Shown here: positions 36,213 to 44,619 of the stretch, in pieces | How positions within the stretch are numbered: the first letter of the stretch is position 1 | Layout of the letters: every line of letters begins with the position of its first letter | Source: Eubacteriales bacterium | GTDB taxonomy: Bacteria; Bacillota; Clostridia; Oscillospirales; CAG-272 | Length of the DNA stretch: 64,000 nucleotides | Assembly: GCA_045661245.1 (NCBI GenBank) | Contig: JAZRFH010000015.1 | Location: forward strand, 1,833 to 65,832 | Direction: 5' to 3' | Translations under genes and position numbers: made by a program | Notes under the pieces: generated by a model | Databases searched by the model: none | What the model was told of the DNA's origin: nothing | The model's input: only the letters and a program-made list of their open reading frames with translations

Positions 36213-37751
36213 ATGCGCAGGATTGGCAAAATACTTACGTCACGGCTTGCCGCATTCGGCTTTGTCGTATTGTGCGAGCTGGGCCTTTTGCTTACTCTTT
36301 TGCTGAGGCTCTCGTCCTTTTCAGTCTACTTTCTCGTATTTTTACTCGCAATTAACCTATTGTCGATGATAGTTGTGGTAAACAGCGATGCCAACCCCGA
36401 ATATAAGCTAACCTGGCTTAGCGTTATCGTGCTTATACCTTATCTTGGAACGGCACTGTATTTCCTTTACGGCAAAAGCACGCCTACCGTTCGTGAGCGC
36501 AGAATTATCCAAGAGGTTAGGGGGAATATACAAAACGCCAGGCGCACTTCCGACGCCTTTTTCTCACTTGCCGAACTTAGCGTAGCGGCAGGGGGTAAGG
36601 CTATGGCTATCGTGAGTGCTGCTGAAAATGCCGAGGTTTATTCGGGCACACAGGCTGAGTATTTTGCCTCGGGCGCACAGATGTATGATAGAATGCTATC
36701 CGACCTTAAGAGTGCTGAAAAATATATTTTCCTTGAGTATTTTATTATAAGCCACGGGCAGATGTGGCAGGGAATACTTGATATACTTAAAGAAAAGGCG
36801 CGCACGGGCATCGAGGTGCGCGTTATGTATGACGACGTCGGGTGCATGACGAGCTTACCCTTGAATTACGATAAGGAGCTTATGGCGGCGGGAATTTCTG
36901 CTATCCGTTTTTCAAAAATTACCCCAAGTCTCAGATATATGCGCCGTAACAACAGCCGCGACCATAGAAAGCTTATGATAATAGACGGCAAAGTTGCGTA
37001 TACGGGCGGTGTGAATATAGGTGACGAGTATATAGGGCTTGATATGCGCTATGGCCTTTGGCGCGACTCGGGTATCCGTCTTTTGGGCAGGGCTGCCGAG
37101 GGCTTTGCCGCGCTCTTTCTTGAGCAGTGGGGCATCAGCGCGGGGCGCATCGAGGCTGTAGGAAATTATTTTGGCACAGGTGACGGCGTGCGCGGTGACG
37201 GTGGGTATTATTTGCCCTTTGGTTCGGGACCGTGTCCGATTTATAAAAGCAGTGTCGGCAAGCGCGCTATTATAGATATTATAAATTCTGCAAAGCGGTA
37301 CGTTTACATTTTTACCCCTTACCTGATAATTGACTTTGACTTAACAGAGGCTCTTCTCGGCGCGGCCTTGCGCGGTGTTGATATAAGGATAATTACACCG
37401 GGCGTGCCTGATAAGCCCATTGTAAGGCTTTTAACCCGCGGCTCATATCCTGCGCTTTTGTCGGGCGGTATAAAAATATACGAGTACACGCCCGGCTTCC
37501 TGCATGCCAAGAGCCTTGTGTCAGACGATACGTATGCTATAGTAGGTACTATAAACTTAGATTACAGGAGCCTTGTGCACCACTATGAAAATGCCGTTTG
37601 GATTTACTCCTCGCCTGTAATTTCGGATATAAAAGACGACTTTCTGTCGGTGATAAAAAGCTCAGAGCGCGTAACACCCGAAAAATCACGCGCGCACGCC
37701 CCGGGTATAATATTCCGTAGTCTTTTGCGCCTGTTTGCACCGTTGTTTTAA
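36213..37751 (+). CDS. cls: Cardiolipin synthase (PLD superfamily)
   Basis: Two N-terminal TM helices. Two HKD motifs (HRKLMIIDGKVAYTGGVNIGDEY and LHAKSLVSDDTYAIVGTINLDYRS). ATG 36213 is preceded by AAGGGGGG, so the track's TTG at 36171 was rejected. Confidence 0.9.
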   Translation: MRRIGKILTSRLAAFGFVVLCELGLLLTLLLRLSSFSVYFLVFLLAINLLSMIVVVNSDANPEYKLTWLSVIVLIPYLGTALYFLYGKSTPTVRERRIIQEVRGNIQNARRTSDAFFSLAELSVAAGGKAMAIVSAAENAEVYSGTQAEYFASGAQMYDRMLSDLKSAEKYIFLEYFIISHGQMWQGILDILKEKARTGIEVRVMYDDVGCMTSLPLNYDKELMAAGISAIRFSKITPSLRYMRRNNSRDHRKLMIIDGKVAYTGGVNIGDEYIGLDMRYGLWRDSGIRLLGRAAEGFAALFLEQWGISAGRIEAVGNYFGTGDGVRGDGGYYLPFGSGPCPIYKSSVGKRAIIDIINSAKRYVYIFTPYLIIDFDLTEALLGAALRGVDIRIITPGVPDKPIVRLLTRGSYPALLSGGIKIYEYTPGFLHAKSLVSDDTYAIVGTINLDYRSLVHHYENAVWIYSSPVISDIKDDFLSVIKSSERVTPEKSRAHAPGIIFRSLLRLFAPLF

Positions 37752-37839
37752 ATTTATGTAGCTATATCTTAGATTTTTTGTATAAAGCATTGTAATGCTA
37801 AGAAAAATAAAAAAGCGAGAAAAAAGTAAACAAAACCCC

Positions 37840-37868
37840 TTGACAAAACACTTTTACTGTGGTAAAAT
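37840..37868 (+). promoter_or_regulatory. Sigma-A promoter (extended -10) for tRNA-Gln
   Basis: TTGACA (37840-37845), 17-nt spacer ending in TGG, TAAAAT (37863-37868). Confidence 0.7.
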
Positions 37869-37886
37869 AAAGACTGTTCGAAATAT

Positions 37887-37960
37887 TGGGGAATTGTGTA
37901 ACGGCAGCACGACAGACTCTGACTCTGTTTGTTGGGGTTCGAATCCCTATTCCCCAGCCA
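37887..37960 (+). tRNA. tRNA-Gln (anticodon CUG), CCA encoded
   Basis: TGGGGAA acceptor pairs with TTCCCCA. Anticodon stem-loop ACAGA-CTCTGAC-TCTGT. T-arm TGGGG-TTCGAAT-CCCTA. Discriminator G plus CCA. Collinear with E. coli tRNA-Gln as I remember it. Confidence 0.9.
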
Positions 37961-38148
37961 ATTAAGAGCCACCCAAAAGGGTGGCTTTTGTTATATAAAA
38001 CATAGGGATTCGAAGGGGAGCGGTAGTGAATGACAGCCTAAACGGCTGTCAGAGCCGCGGAAGACCGAGCGCGTAGTTCGCGCGAGAATCGAATCCCTAT
38101 TCCCCAGCCAATTAAGAGCCACCCAAAAGGGTGGCTTTTGTTATATAA
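37939..38148 (+). repeat. 60-bp perfect direct repeat (tRNA-Gln 3' end + terminator) bracketing a structured insert
   Basis: 37939-37998 is identical to 38089-38148 (offset exactly 150 bp). The copies are 90 bp apart (37999-38088). The 89-bp insert discussed in the findings (38000-38088) starts with TAGGGATTCGA (38003-38013), the inverted complement of TCGAATCCCTA in the repeat. It also contains hairpins at 38032-38050 and 38069-38083. Confidence 0.9.
37967..37990 (+). terminator. Intrinsic terminator after tRNA-Gln
   Basis: AGCCACCC-AAAA-GGGTGGCT followed by TTTTG. An identical second copy lies at 38117-38140. Confidence 0.85.
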
Positions 38149-38291
38149 CGCGCTCACAATCTTTGACTACGGTTCAAATACCAAGGGCAAGCAGAATTTT
38201 TTCGTTTTAGGAAATTTTTTCTTTATATAAGTTTTAAAATTATCTATGATAAGCAATATAAATAAACTTTATGCTTTTCTTGATTAGATAA

Positions 38292-38320
38292 TTGACTTTA
38301 TATTTTAGAGATGGTAAAAT
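38292..38320 (+). promoter_or_regulatory. Sigma-A promoter for the flavin reductase-rubredoxin gene
   Basis: TTGACT (38292-38297), 17-nt spacer ending in TGG, TAAAAT (38315-38320). Confidence 0.65.
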
Positions 38321-38356
38321 AAATTCGGATAGAAAAAATAAAACTTAGGAGAAGAT

Positions 38357-38953
38357 ATGAACGCTTTATTTAATATCGGTTATGGACTCTACGTTGTAAC
38401 TTCAAATGACGGAAAGAAAGATAACGGCCTTATTCTTAATTCGGTTATGCAGGTAACAAGCTCACCCGAGAGGGTTGCCGTCGCAATCAACAAGAGCAAC
38501 TATTCGCATGACGTTATAAAAAACAGCAAAATTATGACGGTAAACTGTTTGTCAGTCGAGGCACCGTTTGCTGTGTTTGAGGCGTTTGGTTTTGTAAGTG
38601 GCAGAGATAAAAACAAGTTTGAGGGCTGTGAGCCCAAAAGAGCGGAGAATGGGCTTGCGGTTTTGCCAAAGTATATTAACGCTTATATTTCTCTTTCCGT
38701 GGCAGAATATATTGACCTTGGCACACACGGGCTCTTTATTGCCGACGTTACCGAGAGCTGCGTTGTGTCGGATAAGGAAACTATGACCTATACCTATTAT
38801 CAAAAGCACGTAAAGCCAAAGCCCAAGCCCGAGAAAAAGCGCGGATATATCTGTACGGTTTGCGGCTTTATTCACGACGAGGACGAGTTGCCGGACGATT
38901 TTATTTGCCCGATTTGCGGTCACGGCGCGGCTGATTTTGAGGAGCTCGTTTGA
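38357..38953 (+). CDS. Flavin reductase domain fused to rubredoxin (high-molecular-weight rubredoxin, Hrb type)
   Basis: N-terminal flavin-reductase-like fold (GLYVVTS..NGLILNSVMQVTS). C-terminal rubredoxin with two CxxC knuckles (YICTVCGFIHDEDELPDDFICPICGHG). Confidence 0.85.
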   Translation: MNALFNIGYGLYVVTSNDGKKDNGLILNSVMQVTSSPERVAVAINKSNYSHDVIKNSKIMTVNCLSVEAPFAVFEAFGFVSGRDKNKFEGCEPKRAENGLAVLPKYINAYISLSVAEYIDLGTHGLFIADVTESCVVSDKETMTYTYYQKHVKPKPKPEKKRGYICTVCGFIHDEDELPDDFICPICGHGAADFEELV

Positions 38954-39027
38954 TTTGTCATAAAGGCTTGGCTGAAATTAACAAAATTGTTTAGGTTCAT
39001 TGTGATGTTATAGAGCTTTAATTTTAA

Positions 39028-39050
39028 GGGGCACTTCGTGCCCCTTTTTT
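39028..39050 (+). terminator. Intrinsic terminator
   Basis: GGGGCAC-TTC-GTGCCCC followed by TTTTTT. Confidence 0.88.
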
Positions 39051-39126
39051 GTATAACTGCCTTTACTTTCTGCTTTCTTCGTGCTATACTTTAAATACAC
39101 TTTAAATGAAAACGGAGATAATTTAT

Positions 39127-41283
39127 ATGTTTTCATATGCCAGCTTGATTTACTGCCCTAAAAACGAGGGTGACGCGGTATTTAAGCGAGAGTTTTCTGC
39201 TAAGGCAGGCTCGTCTTTGACACTTACAGTTTCCGCACTCGGTGTATTTGACGTTCGCTTTAACGGCGAGAAGGTAAGCGGTGATATACTTGCCCCGGGT
39301 TGGCAGTGCTACAAAAAAAGAATCGGTGCTTTTGAGTATAAGATAGATAACGTGCGCTCAGATAACGTGATTGAGATTTACGCATCGCGCGGCTGGTTTT
39401 CGGGTAGAATAAATATTGGATATAAGGAAGGTGCTGCGCCTAAGCATCCGACGGCAATAATATGCGAGGTTGATTACGTTGACTCCTTTGGACAAAAGTG
39501 CAAGCTTGTGTCAGACGACTCGTTTATGGCAAGCGCGTATGAGGTAGTATCGTCCGATATATACGACGGTATAATATACGACGCGAGGGTCAAGAGAGAT
39601 TGGAGCCCCGCCACGGTTTACGACTACACCAAGGATAAGTTTACTCTTATTGACAGCGTGCGTGTAAAGGAGCACGAAAGTGTACAGCCGATAGAGGTAA
39701 TTGTTACACCGCGCGGTGAAATTGTACTTGACTTTGGCGTTAATATGGTCGGGTACCCTGTGCTTAATATAGATGCTCACGAGGGTGAGAGGGTAAGTCT
39801 GTCATTTGCCGAAATACTTGACTCTGACGGCAATTTTTATAACGAGAACTACCGTCTTGCAAAATGTAAGTACGAATATATCTGCCGTGAGGGCAAGCAG
39901 ACCTTCAAGCCTTTCGGCACCTTTTACGGCTACAGATACGTGCGCCTCGACGAATATCCCCACGAGTACCGAGATGGAGAAATTACCTCGGTATGGGTAC
40001 ACTCGGATATTGAGAGAACCGGTAATATTGAGAGCTCGAACGAGCTTTTAAACCGCCTTTATGAGAATATTATAAGAGGCCAGCGCGCTAATTATTTAGA
40101 TATACCCACCGACTGCCCCCAGCGAGATGAAAGGCTCGGGTGGCTCGGTGACGCGCAGGCGTTTGTCAAGGCGGCATCGTATAACTTTGACTGCCTTGAA
40201 TTCTTCCGCAAATGGCTTTGTGACGTTGTGCTTTCGATAAACGAGAAGGGGGTTGTACCTCAAATAGCACCGGTGCCCGACCGTTATGCCAATTGGCAGC
40301 TTGCAGAGGCCAAGGCCGCGTGGAGTGACGCAATAACGATATGCCCTTGGCAGATGTATCTGACGTACGGTGATAAGGCGATACTTGAGCTTACCTATGA
40401 CGCCATGGTCAGTCACGTTGAGTCGATGCGCCGCCGTGCGGGTGCGGACGGGCTTTGGCGAGGTGACGAGCAGTTTGGCGATTGGCTGGGTCTTGATGCA
40501 CCTGAGGGCTCTTACAAGGGTAGCTCAAGCGACGACGTTATTGCAAGCGCATTCTATGTCCATTCGGTCAATATCTTAACACGTGTGGGGGCTGTTTTAG
40601 GCAAGGATAACGCAGATTATAAGCAGCTATACTCCAATATCAGACGCGCTTTTGTAGAGCAATTCGAGCCAATTCTCGAAACACAAACCGAGTGTGCTGT
40701 GGCTTTGTATTTTGGTCTTGTCGATAATCGGGACGTTGTTACAGATAAACTTAAGGCGAAGATTCATTCGGCAGGCGACAGGCTGCAAACAGGCTTTGTC
40801 GGCACGCCGTATATTCTTCACGCACTATCCGAAAACGGAGAGAGCGAGCTCGCTTATAAGCTCATTTTACGTGAGGAATATCCCTCGTGGCTATATCCAG
40901 TAACAATGGGAGCTACTACGATATGGGAGCACTGGGACGGTCTTAGACCCGATGGCAAGCTTTGGAGTGCGGATATGAATTCTTATAACCACTATGCCTA
41001 CGGCGCGTGTGCAGACTGGATGTTCTCGGTTATGGGCGGTATACAGCCAGACGAACTTTATCCCGGCTACGAAAGATGTATTATAGCGCCCGTGCCGAAC
41101 CCCTCTCTTTTTCATTTCAAGGCAAGCTATAAGTCAAAGCACGGTGAAATTGTAAGTTCTTGGAGATATGACGAAAATACGTTGACCTATAATATAACCA
41201 CCCCTGTAAGGTCTAAAATTATTCTTAACGGCACAGTGCACGAGGTTGATGCAGGCTCATACGAATTCACAAGCGAGGTGTAA
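39127..41283 (+). CDS. Alpha-L-rhamnosidase (glycoside hydrolase family 78)
   Basis: GH78 catalytic-domain signature IPTDCPQRDERLGWLGDAQAF, (alpha/alpha)6 region, C-terminal beta domain. Start at ATG 39127 (ACGGAG upstream) preferred over 39106. Confidence 0.88.
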   Translation: MFSYASLIYCPKNEGDAVFKREFSAKAGSSLTLTVSALGVFDVRFNGEKVSGDILAPGWQCYKKRIGAFEYKIDNVRSDNVIEIYASRGWFSGRINIGYKEGAAPKHPTAIICEVDYVDSFGQKCKLVSDDSFMASAYEVVSSDIYDGIIYDARVKRDWSPATVYDYTKDKFTLIDSVRVKEHESVQPIEVIVTPRGEIVLDFGVNMVGYPVLNIDAHEGERVSLSFAEILDSDGNFYNENYRLAKCKYEYICREGKQTFKPFGTFYGYRYVRLDEYPHEYRDGEITSVWVHSDIERTGNIESSNELLNRLYENIIRGQRANYLDIPTDCPQRDERLGWLGDAQAFVKAASYNFDCLEFFRKWLCDVVLSINEKGVVPQIAPVPDRYANWQLAEAKAAWSDAITICPWQMYLTYGDKAILELTYDAMVSHVESMRRRAGADGLWRGDEQFGDWLGLDAPEGSYKGSSSDDVIASAFYVHSVNILTRVGAVLGKDNADYKQLYSNIRRAFVEQFEPILETQTECAVALYFGLVDNRDVVTDKLKAKIHSAGDRLQTGFVGTPYILHALSENGESELAYKLILREEYPSWLYPVTMGATTIWEHWDGLRPDGKLWSADMNSYNHYAYGACADWMFSVMGGIQPDELYPGYERCIIAPVPNPSLFHFKASYKSKHGEIVSSWRYDENTLTYNITTPVRSKIILNGTVHEVDAGSYEFTSEV

Positions 41284-41287
41284 ACAA

Positions 41288-41749
41288 ATGCTTACATATA
41301 AAGAACTGTGTCGAGACGACGAACAGATTATAAACACCTTTTTTGATAATATGGGTGGAGAGTCGCGTGCTATGTTTAACAGGCGCGATTATAACAGGCG
41401 CCGCGCACTGAAATATTGCAGTAAGCCCGACCCGTCAAGATTGTATTTTGGCGTATTTCAAGACGGGAATCTTATAGGAATAGTATTCTTTCTTGATTTT
41501 GATACTGCAGTCCCCGAGCTTGGGCTTGCTATTCTTGACAGTCTGTCAGGGCAGGGGCTCGGTACGGAAATTGCCGAGTTTGCTATACAAACGGCTGAGA
41601 AATCGGGGTGCGGCGGAATTTTTCTTACCACGCATACCGCAAACGTTCGTGCGCAGGCGTTGTATGAAAAGCTGGGCTTTAAGCTTATAGGCCCGTGCAA
41701 GGACGGGGCAGAGCTTGCATATATATTAAGATTTGCAAGAGAGACATAA
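41288..41749 (+). CDS. GNAT-family N-acetyltransferase
   Basis: Acetyl-CoA binding motif LSGQGLGTEIAEFAI (Q/RxxGxG/A) and a C-terminal beta-bulge region. ATG 41288 lies 4 nt after the rhamnosidase stop. Confidence 0.8.
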   Translation: MLTYKELCRDDEQIINTFFDNMGGESRAMFNRRDYNRRRALKYCSKPDPSRLYFGVFQDGNLIGIVFFLDFDTAVPELGLAILDSLSGQGLGTEIAEFAIQTAEKSGCGGIFLTTHTANVRAQALYEKLGFKLIGPCKDGAELAYILRFARET

Positions 41750-41757
41750 TACAAAAA

Positions 41758-41782
41758 AGCGGAGCCGAAAGCTCCGCTTTTA
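41758..41782. terminator. Bidirectional intrinsic terminator
   Basis: AGCGGAGC pairs with GCTCCGCT. TTTT is downstream and AAAAAA upstream (a U-tract for the surE operon on the minus strand). Confidence 0.85.
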
Positions 41783-41841
41783 ACTTACTTAATATAATAC
41801 TTAACTGTCGGCACGTCAACACCGCTGTATCTGTACGTTGA

Positions 41842-42570
41842 TTATTGTGCTTTTTCTTTAAAAAGCTTGTTGAATGCCGCGGTGTTAGTACGCTCAAGCG
41901 TCATAGGCGTAACCGATACAAACCCGTGCTCAAAGGCAATAGTGTCGTAGGTTTCGTCGTCCTTATTCGTTTCGGGTATCGCGTGGCCGCGTTGCATATA
42001 AAAGTCACCGTCGAGCTTAAAAAACTCGTCCTTAAAATAAGCATCTCCCTGGCGTGTTATTTTAATGCCGCGCGGTGCTGTAGGGATATTTACGTTATAA
42101 AGATTTGAGTAGTCTAAAAGCTTATTATCTCTCACGTATTCAAAAATACTGTCAAGCACAGGCTCGGGCGGCAGGGGAGTTTCCTTTGCTATAGACAGGG
42201 CAATTGCCTTGTGCGAAAGATGCTCGGCCTCGAATATAGCGCCAACAGTGCCCGAGTAAACGATATCTCCGCTCATATTAACACCCCAATTTATACCGGA
42301 GAGCACGATGTCGTACTGTCTGTTGAGGCCTATAATGCCAAAGCGTGTGCAATCGGCAGGGGTTGAGTCAACCGAATACGCCTCTATTCCGTCGGCCAAA
42401 TCCACGCGCTTGATTTCAAAGGGCTCTATAAAATTTATAGCATGGCTTTTACCGCTCTGCTCGTATTTCGGCGCGCAGACTGTAACCTCTCCGTGCTTTT
42501 TTGCCCAAAGCGCAAGATGCAAAAGACCTTGTGCTAAAATCCCGTCGTCATTAACTATAAGTATTTTCAT
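41842..42570 (-). CDS. surE: 5'/3'-nucleotidase SurE
   Basis: MKILIVNDDGI.. N-terminus, CAPKYEQSGKSHAI, GINWG(V)N: the SurE family pattern. Confidence 0.9.
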   Translation of the reverse strand: MKILIVNDDGILAQGLLHLALWAKKHGEVTVCAPKYEQSGKSHAINFIEPFEIKRVDLADGIEAYSVDSTPADCTRFGIIGLNRQYDIVLSGINWGVNMSGDIVYSGTVGAIFEAEHLSHKAIALSIAKETPLPPEPVLDSIFEYVRDNKLLDYSNLYNVNIPTAPRGIKITRQGDAYFKDEFFKLDGDFYMQRGHAIPETNKDDETYDTIAFEHGFVSVTPMTLERTNTAAFNKLFKEKAQ

Positions 42571-43550
42571 AGCCAGCCCTCGTGGGTTTGCTTGTATTCC
42601 TTAAGCATTAAATCAGCCTTTCTCACAAGCTCTGCCATCTCGCGCTTTGAACGTACGGTAGCACCCGCGGCACAGGCATGACCTCCGCCGCCATACTGCT
42701 CGGCAAGGCTGTTTACGGTGATAAATCTTGAGCGCAGGCGCACTCTTATCGTGCCGTCACTGTTTTCAATAAACGCAAGCCAGATAAGCGAGCCCTTTAT
42801 ACTGTCCATAAGCGAAACAGACGCGCTTGCATCCTCGCTCGAAAGGTTGAACTTCTTCTGCATTTTTTTTGATACAAAGAGGGTTGCAACACCGTTTTCG
42901 GTAATCTTCATTTTGCCGTGCGCGTAGGCCTCAAACTTGAAGCTCTCAAATTTCTTGAGATAGAGGTTGGCAAAAAGCACGTCGGTATCCACACCCGTGT
43001 CAAGAATAATGCCCGCAAGGCGCATGGTTTCGCCTGACACGTCGCGAAAGCGGAAACGGCCCGAGTCTGTTACCATACCCGTGTATATATAGGTGGCTGC
43101 CTCTTTATCAATTTTTAATTCGTCACGGAAGGCATCGTAAAATGCCGCTATCATTTCAGAGCAGGACGAGCGCTCCTCCTCTACCCATTCGGTGGGGGCA
43201 TAGCTCTCGATAGGAATATGGTGGTCTATTTTTACAAGCTCGCGGCAAAGCGAATATTTCTTGTTTGATATGCGTGAGGCAGTACCCGTGTCAAGCACAA
43301 GACCGAGCGCATCGGCATAAAGCGCGTCGTCAATAGGCTCGTCCTCACCGCCCATAAATGAAAGATAATCCGAATAATCCGAATTTTGAAGATATATTTC
43401 CTTTTCAGGGTAGGAGAGCTTTAAAATTCTAGCAAGACCCTTGGTTGAGCCCATAGCGTCACCGTCAGGCCTTGTGTGTCTGAAAATTATTATTCTGTTA
43501 TATTCCTTTATTTTGTCAAGCACGGCTTGCATCTGATTTATATTTTTCAT
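42567..43550 (-). CDS. DHH-family phosphoesterase, NrnA-like (paralogue 2)
   Basis: DHH motifs I-IV (RHTRPDGDAMGS, VLDTGT, IDHH, TDSGRFRF) and DHHA1 GGGGHACAAG. 4-nt overlaps with both neighbours. Confidence 0.85.
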   Translation of the reverse strand: MKNINQMQAVLDKIKEYNRIIIFRHTRPDGDAMGSTKGLARILKLSYPEKEIYLQNSDYSDYLSFMGGEDEPIDDALYADALGLVLDTGTASRISNKKYSLCRELVKIDHHIPIESYAPTEWVEEERSSCSEMIAAFYDAFRDELKIDKEAATYIYTGMVTDSGRFRFRDVSGETMRLAGIILDTGVDTDVLFANLYLKKFESFKFEAYAHGKMKITENGVATLFVSKKMQKKFNLSSEDASASVSLMDSIKGSLIWLAFIENSDGTIRVRLRSRFITVNSLAEQYGGGGHACAAGATVRSKREMAELVRKADLMLKEYKQTHEGWL

Positions 43551-44488
43551 TGTTCCTCCTTAGTTAAGGCGCAAAGGTCAGAGAGCATATTCATAGCCTC
43601 AGCCTTATTCTTTACCGTAGCGCCGCTTGCTTTCATGTGACCGCCGCCGCCGTACTTTACGGCAATCTTGTTTATATTGTATTTTGAAGAGCGCAGTTCG
43701 CAAAGCACGCCCTCGTCGCTTTCCGTAAAGTTAACCCAGATGTCAACCCCGCGTATGTCACCCATCGTATTAACCATTCCGCGGGAAATCGTAAAGTTGT
43801 CAGCACCGTAGCTTGCGGCTTCCTCTTTTGTAGTATAAATATACGCAACGGGGCAGTCGGTGAGATTAATTTTTAAGGTAAACTGTGCACGCAGCTTGAT
43901 AAACTTAAGGTCGTCTGAGTAAAGATTTTTAAAAATATCCGCAGTGTCAAAGGGTACGGTCATAAGGAAAGAGGCAAGCCTGTGGGTATCCGACGTTGTT
44001 GAGTCGTATCTGAAACGGCCGGAGTCGGTTATCATACCTGTGTAAAGAGTCTTTGCGGCCTTTGACGAGAGCTTTAAGCCTGTTTTGTAGGCAAGCTCGG
44101 CAACAAGACCCGCACAGCTCTCGTAGCTTGTGTCGGTAAGCTCGGTGTCACAGATTTTCTCAACGAATATGTGGTGGTCGATACGCACGCTTTCCTTTGC
44201 GCTTTCATAACGGCTGTCCGAAATCAGAGCCTTTGCCGAGGTGTCAAGCACGATAGCCAAGGCGTCATTGTATTTAGAGTCGGGCACCTCGTCCATAATA
44301 CTGTCTGCAATAAAGGCATATCTGCCTGCCGCGTCACCTACCGCATAGACCTCCTTGTCGGGAAAATTATCCTTTAGCAACGCCTTAAGTCCGAGCTGAG
44401 CGCCAAGGGCATCACCGTCGGGATTTGAGTGCCTATGTATTATGATGCAGTCGTACTGCTTGATTTTATCAAGTATCTTAAAAAACAT
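43547..44488 (-). CDS. DHH-family phosphoesterase, NrnA-like (paralogue 1)
   Basis: DHH motifs (RHSNPDGDALGA, VLDTSA, IDHH, TDSGRFRY) and DHHA1 GGGGHMKASG. AGGAG RBS. Confidence 0.85.
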   Translation of the reverse strand: MFFKILDKIKQYDCIIIHRHSNPDGDALGAQLGLKALLKDNFPDKEVYAVGDAAGRYAFIADSIMDEVPDSKYNDALAIVLDTSAKALISDSRYESAKESVRIDHHIFVEKICDTELTDTSYESCAGLVAELAYKTGLKLSSKAAKTLYTGMITDSGRFRYDSTTSDTHRLASFLMTVPFDTADIFKNLYSDDLKFIKLRAQFTLKINLTDCPVAYIYTTKEEAASYGADNFTISRGMVNTMGDIRGVDIWVNFTESDEGVLCELRSSKYNINKIAVKYGGGGHMKASGATVKNKAEAMNMLSDLCALTKEEQ

Positions 44489-44558
44489 ATTTTCTCCTGA
44501 ATGGCTTTTGATTATATTTTACCATAAAGCGCGCGGTTTTGCAACATATAAATATATC

Positions 44559-44587
44559 TTTACAAATAGAGTAGAATATGTTAGAAT
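44559..44587 (+). promoter_or_regulatory. Sigma-A promoter for the HAD hydrolase gene
   Basis: TTTACA (44559-44564), 17-nt spacer, TAGAAT (44582-44587). Confidence 0.6.
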
Positions 44588-44619
44588 TAAAATGTGAGAT
44601 GCTAATTTTTGGAGGAAAT

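Noticed and set aside
37769-37972. 67-aa minus-strand ORF
   Set aside because: It overlaps the tRNA-Gln gene and its promoter, and it has no RBS.
38014-38110. A possible second tRNA (even a tRNA-Sec or opal-suppressor-like species, because a CGGC-TGTCAGA-GCCG stem-loop would present TCA) ending in the duplicated ..TTCCCCAGCCA
   Set aside because: The T-arm cannot form (CGAGA does not pair with CCCTA). The acceptor pairing is imperfect (AGGGGAG versus TTCCCCA has a terminal mismatch). No D-arm is evident. The putative anticodon loop has G instead of the near-universal U33. It also competes with a much stronger 7-bp hairpin.
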